Shown piece after piece: positions 27,384 to 32,000 of a stretch of 32,000 bases of DNA; positions within the stretch are counted from its first letter, which is position 1, and every line of letters starts with the position of its first letter. The position numbers were made by a program, and so were the translations under genes. The DNA lies in the NCBI RefSeq assembly GCF_000354175.2, contig NC_022349.1, forward strand, positions 3,240,001-3,272,000. Reading direction: 5' to 3'. The notes under the pieces are model-generated. The model had not been told where the DNA came from. It made no database searches and worked only from the letters and a program-made list of their open reading frames with translations. This DNA is from Vibrio alginolyticus NBRC 15630 = ATCC 17749. GTDB taxonomy: Bacteria > Pseudomonadota > Gammaproteobacteria > Enterobacterales > Vibrionaceae.

Positions 27384-29003
27384 TTACCTTTTTTTGCGTC
27401 GTACGAATGAACCTGCAGCCATTAACACCAGTAGGCCAATAGATAAACTGCCGCCTGAACTAGACTTTTTATTAACGTCGTTACCAGCATCGCCCGTATT
27501 ATCTGTGCTGACTGACATATTTATGTTGCGAACAAATGCTTGCGCGCTGTAAATGCCACTTGAAAACGGGTGTTGGACGTATTCAAACGTTATCGTATTA
27601 GATGCTTTGTAAAGATCGATCTGGATCTCTTTATAATCGAGGAGTTGGTTGGTGCTATCGTAAATTTCACCATTAACTAAGATGAACAAGTAATCAAAAC
27701 CATCGGACATTACTTTGAGATCCATGGTAAGTTTGCCCTTCGGAAGATCGGTCAAAACCAGCTCAGATACACCAGGATAAGCTCCCATATCCGCTGATTG
27801 CAGTTCACCATTTTCAGCCGTCCAAGCGTTTTGACCGGTATAAACATTTGCGTCTGCTAGCGGAATGGCATTACGCACTGATCTGCTTGCTTTATCTACA
27901 CCTGAATACTCGAAAGTTGTTGTGAGTCTGGACAGTTTCGGATGATCGGTAAAGAGCTCTATCGTTGTTTCTGATCCCGAATAGCTAGGTTGGTAGCCGA
28001 CGGTAATTTGACAGCTTTGCGAAGGCTTTAAGGTACCAGTACAAGTGCTTTTCTCGATGGTACTTCCGTATGATATTGTGCTTTGGTAGATGTTGAATGG
28101 GATAGTATCGTCATTACGAATAGTAAAGGTCTCTTGCTGCGCTTTTCGCTCAACGAAACGAAGATCTCGGTACTTAGTGAAGCTGATAGTATTGCGATGG
28201 CTATCTATCCATCCATTGTGTTGAAAATGAGCGACGTTGGCGTAAACACCATAAGCGTTTGGTTGAGCACATCCATCCCCCCAGCTGACCACGCCTAGCA
28301 ATTTGTTGATACCGTTATCATCAACGATGAGTGGACCGCCGCTATCTCCTTGGCAGCTATCTTTACCTCCCCAATAGTATCCGGCGCAAATACCGTCATC
28401 TGATACATTAGAGTAGTTTCCTGGTAGGTTTTGGCAGGTAGCTCGATCTACGTATTCCAAATCTACTTGTTGTAAAACGGTTGGGTATATTCGGTCTGTC
28501 GTGGACGTATTTCCCCATCCAGCCACGTGCAACTTGTCTCCTACGCGTACGCTATCTAAAAGTTCTGGCGTTGCCAGGTCAATAGTTGCGCTATCGATAT
28601 TGCGTTCTAATTCAATAAGAGCGATGTCATTGTTCGTTGTTATGTTGTTATATTCATCATGTGAATAGATATTTTTAATGGCGATGCGCTGTGCTTGAGA
28701 CTCTCTGTTTTTGTCATAAAGACCAAGAACGATATCCAGATCGTCCGCATTAAGACCTTCCACACAGTGCGCAGCAGTTAATACGTATTTTCCACCTAGG
28801 AAACTGCCACCACAAAAGTGACCAATAGATGTAGGTTGTCCTTTACGTACCAGTGAAGCAATAAATTTCCAGTCGGAAGTGTTGGCAGGTTCGCCGCCGA
28901 TAATGCGAGTGGATACATCATTCTGAACAGGCTCAAGAGTATCTGCGATTGTGGTTGCTGGTAAAGTCAGCCCAATCAGAAAAGCCACTAACGTTTTTTT
29001 CAT
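27384..29003 (-). CDS. Secreted trypsin-like (S1) serine protease with C-terminal beta-rich domains and a GlyGly-CTERM sorting signal (VesC/VesB-like)
   Basis: 539-aa product with a signal peptide and propeptide ending STR|IIGG. The catalytic triad is LTAAHC (H79), NNDIALI (D126) and GDSGGP (S221), with an S1-pocket Asp 6 residues before the Ser. The C-terminus SSSGGSLSIGLLVLMAAGSFVRRKKR is a Gly-Gly motif, hydrophobic helix and basic cluster. Confidence 0.88.
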   Translation of the reverse strand: MKKTLVAFLIGLTLPATTIADTLEPVQNDVSTRIIGGEPANTSDWKFIASLVRKGQPTSIGHFCGGSFLGGKYVLTAAHCVEGLNADDLDIVLGLYDKNRESQAQRIAIKNIYSHDEYNNITTNNDIALIELERNIDSATIDLATPELLDSVRVGDKLHVAGWGNTSTTDRIYPTVLQQVDLEYVDRATCQNLPGNYSNVSDDGICAGYYWGGKDSCQGDSGGPLIVDDNGINKLLGVVSWGDGCAQPNAYGVYANVAHFQHNGWIDSHRNTISFTKYRDLRFVERKAQQETFTIRNDDTIPFNIYQSTISYGSTIEKSTCTGTLKPSQSCQITVGYQPSYSGSETTIELFTDHPKLSRLTTTFEYSGVDKASRSVRNAIPLADANVYTGQNAWTAENGELQSADMGAYPGVSELVLTDLPKGKLTMDLKVMSDGFDYLFILVNGEIYDSTNQLLDYKEIQIDLYKASNTITFEYVQHPFSSGIYSAQAFVRNINMSVSTDNTGDAGNDVNKKSSSGGSLSIGLLVLMAAGSFVRRKKR

Positions 29004-29145
29004 TTTAATTCCGTAATATTAACGTGGTTTATTATAAGGAGGGCAAATGATAAACGGAATCATTCTCTCAGTAAATAGTTGTGGAGAAATGAAAAATTAT
29101 AACGTATCGGTTTAACTTTGATGGTTAGAATTGGAGGGGGGATCT

Positions 29146-29183
29146 TCTGAAAAGATGAAACCCGCCAAGTTGGACGGGTTTCA
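29146..29183 (-). terminator. Intrinsic terminator after purU
   Basis: TGAAACCCG (29156-29164) pairs with CGGGTTTCA (29175-29183). On the minus strand the stem is followed by UCUUUUCAG. Confidence 0.6.
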
Positions 29184-29209
29184 CTATCGTTGTAACTAGT
29201 ACGGAGGGA

Positions 29210-30043
29210 TTACAGGATCACTGTCTTATTCCCATAAACAAAGACGTGGTCATTGATCACTTTATTCAAAGCCTTACTCAATACGTTCTTCTCTACATCG
29301 CGTCCCGCTTGCGCCATATCTTGGGCATTGAATGTATGGTCGACAGGAATTACGTCTTGCTTGATGATCGGCCCTTCATCTAAATCATTAGTCACGAAGT
29401 GTGCTGTTGCACCGATGATTTTCACACCGCGATCGTAAGCTTGTTGATATGGCTTCGCGCCAATAAAAGCAGGTAAGAAGCTGTGATGAATATTAATGAT
29501 TTTGTGGTGATATTTCTCAACAAACGTCGGCGTCAATACGCGCATGTATTTAGCTAGCACCAAAAAGTCAGCATCGTATTGATCGATCACTTCTAGCATC
29601 TTCTGCTCGTGTTCTTCACGGCTAAGGTTTTCATGGGTCACGTGGTGGTAAGGAATGTCGAAGCGTTCAGTGAGAGTTTGCAGTTTGTCGTAATTCCCCA
29701 CCACAGCGGCGATCTCAACATCTAGGCTTCCATCGTAGGTTTTCATCAGAATATCGCCTAAACAATGCGCTTCTTTTGTGACGAGAATGACGATGCGCTT
29801 ACGGCGAGAGCCAACCAATTTACGCTTAGCACCTTGCGGGAGAGCTTGGTCCAAGTCGGCAAGAAACGTTTGATCGTTGAAGTACCCCTCCAACTCCGTT
29901 CTCATGAAAAAGTGGCCACTGGTATTATCAACAAATTCGTTATTGTGAACGATGTTGAGTTGGTGCTTGTAACAGATATTAGTAATTTTCGAGATGAGAC
30001 CCGGGGCGTCAGAACAGTGGGTCAACAGTGTTTTCTTTTCCAT
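29210..30043 (-). CDS. purU: Formyltetrahydrofolate deformylase
   Basis: 277-aa product with an N-terminal ACT domain (LLTHCSDAPGLISKITNICY), then the formyltransferase core (IINIHHSFLPAFIGAKPYQQA, GATAHFVTNDLDEGPII). Confidence 0.95.
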   Translation of the reverse strand: MEKKTLLTHCSDAPGLISKITNICYKHQLNIVHNNEFVDNTSGHFFMRTELEGYFNDQTFLADLDQALPQGAKRKLVGSRRKRIVILVTKEAHCLGDILMKTYDGSLDVEIAAVVGNYDKLQTLTERFDIPYHHVTHENLSREEHEQKMLEVIDQYDADFLVLAKYMRVLTPTFVEKYHHKIINIHHSFLPAFIGAKPYQQAYDRGVKIIGATAHFVTNDLDEGPIIKQDVIPVDHTFNAQDMAQAGRDVEKNVLSKALNKVINDHVFVYGNKTVIL

Positions 30044-30261
30044 AAATCAGGTACTTCCATGCATTAATATTTTAGCGTACGAATTTGTTATTATTCCCTG
30101 GCGGGTGTAACTGTACTGCCATGTTTCACCATAAATAATCTATTCTTACGTTGGTTTCAACAAAATATCCGCGTGTCGCCGCAAGCTGGTCAGATTGTGG
30201 GCTGATGTCACTCCTATTCCTCTGATATACTCTCGATAATTTTTCAAACTCAATACCAAGC

Positions 30262-32000
30262 ATGATCGCAAAAACTTTTTCCTCTGATGGCGCGTTAGGT
30301 AAGGCCATTCCTGGCTTTCAAGCTCGTCAGCCACAAATCGATATGGCGGAAGCCGTCAGCAGTGCGATCAAAGATCAAACCCAGTTGGTGGTGGAGGCAG
30401 GAACCGGAACCGGTAAGACCTTCGCATACCTAGTCCCTGCGCTGTTGAGCGGTAAAAAAGTGATCATCAGTACAGGCTCGAAAAACTTGCAAGAGCAGTT
30501 GTACCATCGTGACTTACCGCTCATGGTCAATGCGCTTGGTTTTTATGGCCAAGTGGCGTTATTAAAAGGGCGTTCTAATTATCTGTGTTTGGATCGTTTG
30601 AGCCGCCAAATGGTCGAAAGCCACACTAATGAATCTGACCCGACATTATTAACTCAACTTGTTAAAGTGCGTGCTTGGTCATCAGAAACCAAAACAGGTG
30701 ACCTTGGGGATTGTGATGATCTACCAGAAGACAGCATGATCATTCCGACCATCACCTCAACCAATGATAACTGTTTAGGTAAAGAATGTCCGAGCTACAC
30801 TGATTGCTTTGTATTGAAAGCGCGTAAGCGAGCCATGGATTCCGACATTGTTGTAGTGAACCATCACTTGTTTCTTGCTGATTTAGCGATCAAAGAAACA
30901 GGATTCGGTGAACTGATTCCAGAAGCCGATGTGTTTATTTTTGATGAAGCTCATCAGTTGCCAGATATTGCGAGCGAATATTTCGGCCAGTCAGTTTCAA
31001 GCCGCCAAATTCACGATCTTGCCAAAGACATTGAAATAGCCTATCGCACCGAAGCCAAAGATATGCGTCAATTGCAAAAAGTGGGCGACAAACTCATGCA
31101 AAGCGCAATGGACATGCGGATTGTATTGGGTGAGCCAGGCTTTCGTGGCAACTGGCGTGAGGCGTTGCAATCAGGTTCTATTAAGCGAGAATTATTGCGC
31201 TTAACTGACAGCCTCGAATTGGCGATTGATGTACTCAAAATAGCCTTAGGGCGCAGTCAATTACTGGATACCGCCTTTGAACGAGCAAATTTGATCAAAG
31301 GCCGTATCGACCGGGTATGTGATGTCGATATTACCGGTTACTCATACTGGTACGATACCTCGCCTCGTCATTTCGCTCTGCACATTACGCCTCTTTCTGT
31401 CGCGGACAAGTTCCATGAGCAAATAGAGATTAAACAAGGCGCTTGGATTTTCACGTCAGCAACCCTAGCCGTATCGGGCGATTTCAAGCACTTTACTGAG
31501 CGCCTTGGCCTCAAGCCTACAAAGCAATTTTCTCTGCCGTCCCCCTTTGATTATCAAAAGCAAGCGCGCCTTTGTGTGCCAAGGTATTTGCCAGAGCCAA
31601 ACAGTAACGGCTTAGCGGATAAGTTAGTCCGAATGCTTGCTCCGGTGATTGAAGAAAATGATGGTCGCTGCTTCTTTTTATGTACCTCGCACAGCATGAT
31701 GCGTGAACTAGGTGAGAAGTTCCGAGAAGTACTTGAGCTGCCTGTGTTAATGCAAGGGGAGATGAGTAAGCAGAAAACCTTGGCGGAGTTTATGGAACTG
31801 GGTAACGCTTTACTCGTGGCGACGGGCGCTTTCTGGGAAGGGATTGATGTTAGAGGTGATGCGCTGAGCTGTGTTATTATCGACAAATTACCGTTTACCG
31901 CCCCTGACGATCCGTTACTCAAAGCCCGTATCGAGGATTGTCGATTACGTGGCGGTGAACCATTTGCTGAAGTACAAATCCCGGATGCAGTGATTACGTT
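30262..32000 (+). CDS. yoaA: DinG-family ATP-dependent helicase YoaA (3' end beyond the window)
   Basis: It is absent from the ORF track because no stop occurs before the window ends. My translation from ATG 30262 reads MIAKTFSSDGALGKAIPGFQARQPQIDMAEAV...VVEAGTGTGKTFAYLVPALL (Walker A). It continues with NDNCLGKECPSYTDCF (Fe-S Cys cluster), IFDEAHQLPD (DEAH box) and WEGIDVRGD, and ends ...EVQIPDAVIT, collinear with E. coli YoaA. Confidence 0.9.
   Translation, partial: MIAKTFSSDGALGKAIPGFQARQPQIDMAEAVSSAIKDQTQLVVEAGTGTGKTFAYLVPALLSGKKVIISTGSKNLQEQLYHRDLPLMVNALGFYGQVALLKGRSNYLCLDRLSRQMVESHTNESDPTLLTQLVKVRAWSSETKTGDLGDCDDLPEDSMIIPTITSTNDNCLGKECPSYTDCFVLKARKRAMDSDIVVVNHHLFLADLAIKETGFGELIPEADVFIFDEAHQLPDIASEYFGQSVSSRQIHDLAKDIEIAYRTEAKDMRQLQKVGDKLMQSAMDMRIVLGEPGFRGNWREALQSGSIKRELLRLTDSLELAIDVLKIALGRSQLLDTAFERANLIKGRIDRVCDVDITGYSYWYDTSPRHFALHITPLSVADKFHEQIEIKQGAWIFTSATLAVSGDFKHFTERLGLKPTKQFSLPSPFDYQKQARLCVPRYLPEPNSNGLADKLVRMLAPVIEENDGRCFFLCTSHSMMRELGEKFREVLELPVLMQGEMSKQKTLAEFMELGNALLVATGAFWEGIDVRGDALSCVIIDKLPFTAPDDPLLKARIEDCRLRGGEPFAEVQIPDAVIT

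Noticed and set aside
29047-29115. 22-codon plus-strand mini-ORF (MINGIILSVNSCGEMKNYNVSV) preceded by a perfect AGGAGG 4 nt upstream, in the protease-purU spacer.
   Set aside because: The SD match is striking, but the ORF is tiny and antisense to the probable protease leader (a perfect TATAAT on the minus strand at 29101-29096). The SD-ATG spacing is short, and I have no conservation evidence. It would be worth a look in Ribo-seq data, but I cannot support it as a feature.
30111-30126. CTGTACTGCCATGTTT upstream of yoaA, as a possible LexA (SOS) box.
   Set aside because: Only the CTGT half matches CTGT-N8-ACAG. The second half is GTTT.
31554-31922. 122-aa minus-strand ORF near the window end.
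   Set aside because: It is antisense to the yoaA reading frame, which aligns collinearly with E. coli YoaA.
1-32000. A search by eye for mobile elements, integrase or transposase genes, CRISPR repeats, tRNA or rRNA genes, toxin-antitoxin pairs or defence-system gene clusters.
   Set aside because: None was found. All long ORFs are accounted for by core metabolic, transport or housekeeping functions, and no periodic direct-repeat array or terminal inverted-repeat pair was seen.

Overview
This window reads as a Vibrionaceae-type core chromosomal segment, judged from gene content, synteny and close similarity to enterobacterial orthologues I can align from memory. Gene order is: a DUF1853 protein (-), ybgI (+), gltA (-), the sdhCDAB-sucABCD TCA-cycle operon (+), znuCB (-) and znuA (+) around a shared Zur box, and a 1132-aa membrane-anchored propeller/Y_Y_Y/degenerate-kinase/AraC regulator (+). 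After that come an ~830-nt gene-free spacer with a structured small-RNA candidate, feoABC (+), a YqhA-family membrane protein (-), a HIT-family protein (-), argS (-) and yecM (+). The window ends with a two-gene unit (-) encoding a GlyGly-CTERM trypsin-like protease and a small lipoprotein, then purU (-) and a 3'-truncated yoaA helicase gene (+) that the ORF track misses. I saw no rRNA, tRNA, CRISPR array, transposase, integrase or defence-island signature, and no clearly new multi-gene system. The least ordinary parts are three. First, the phosphorelay-less HTCS-like regulator plus the adjacent sRNA candidate, which I think correspond to the V. cholerae TfoS/TfoR chitin-competence module. Second, the unexplained content of the long spacer upstream of feoA. 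Third, the protease and its translationally coupled orphan lipoprotein. Several track ORFs open on TTG or GTG and are N-terminally over-extended, so I moved their starts using RBS position and orthologue N-termini. All motif matches were counted by eye, and no database search was possible.
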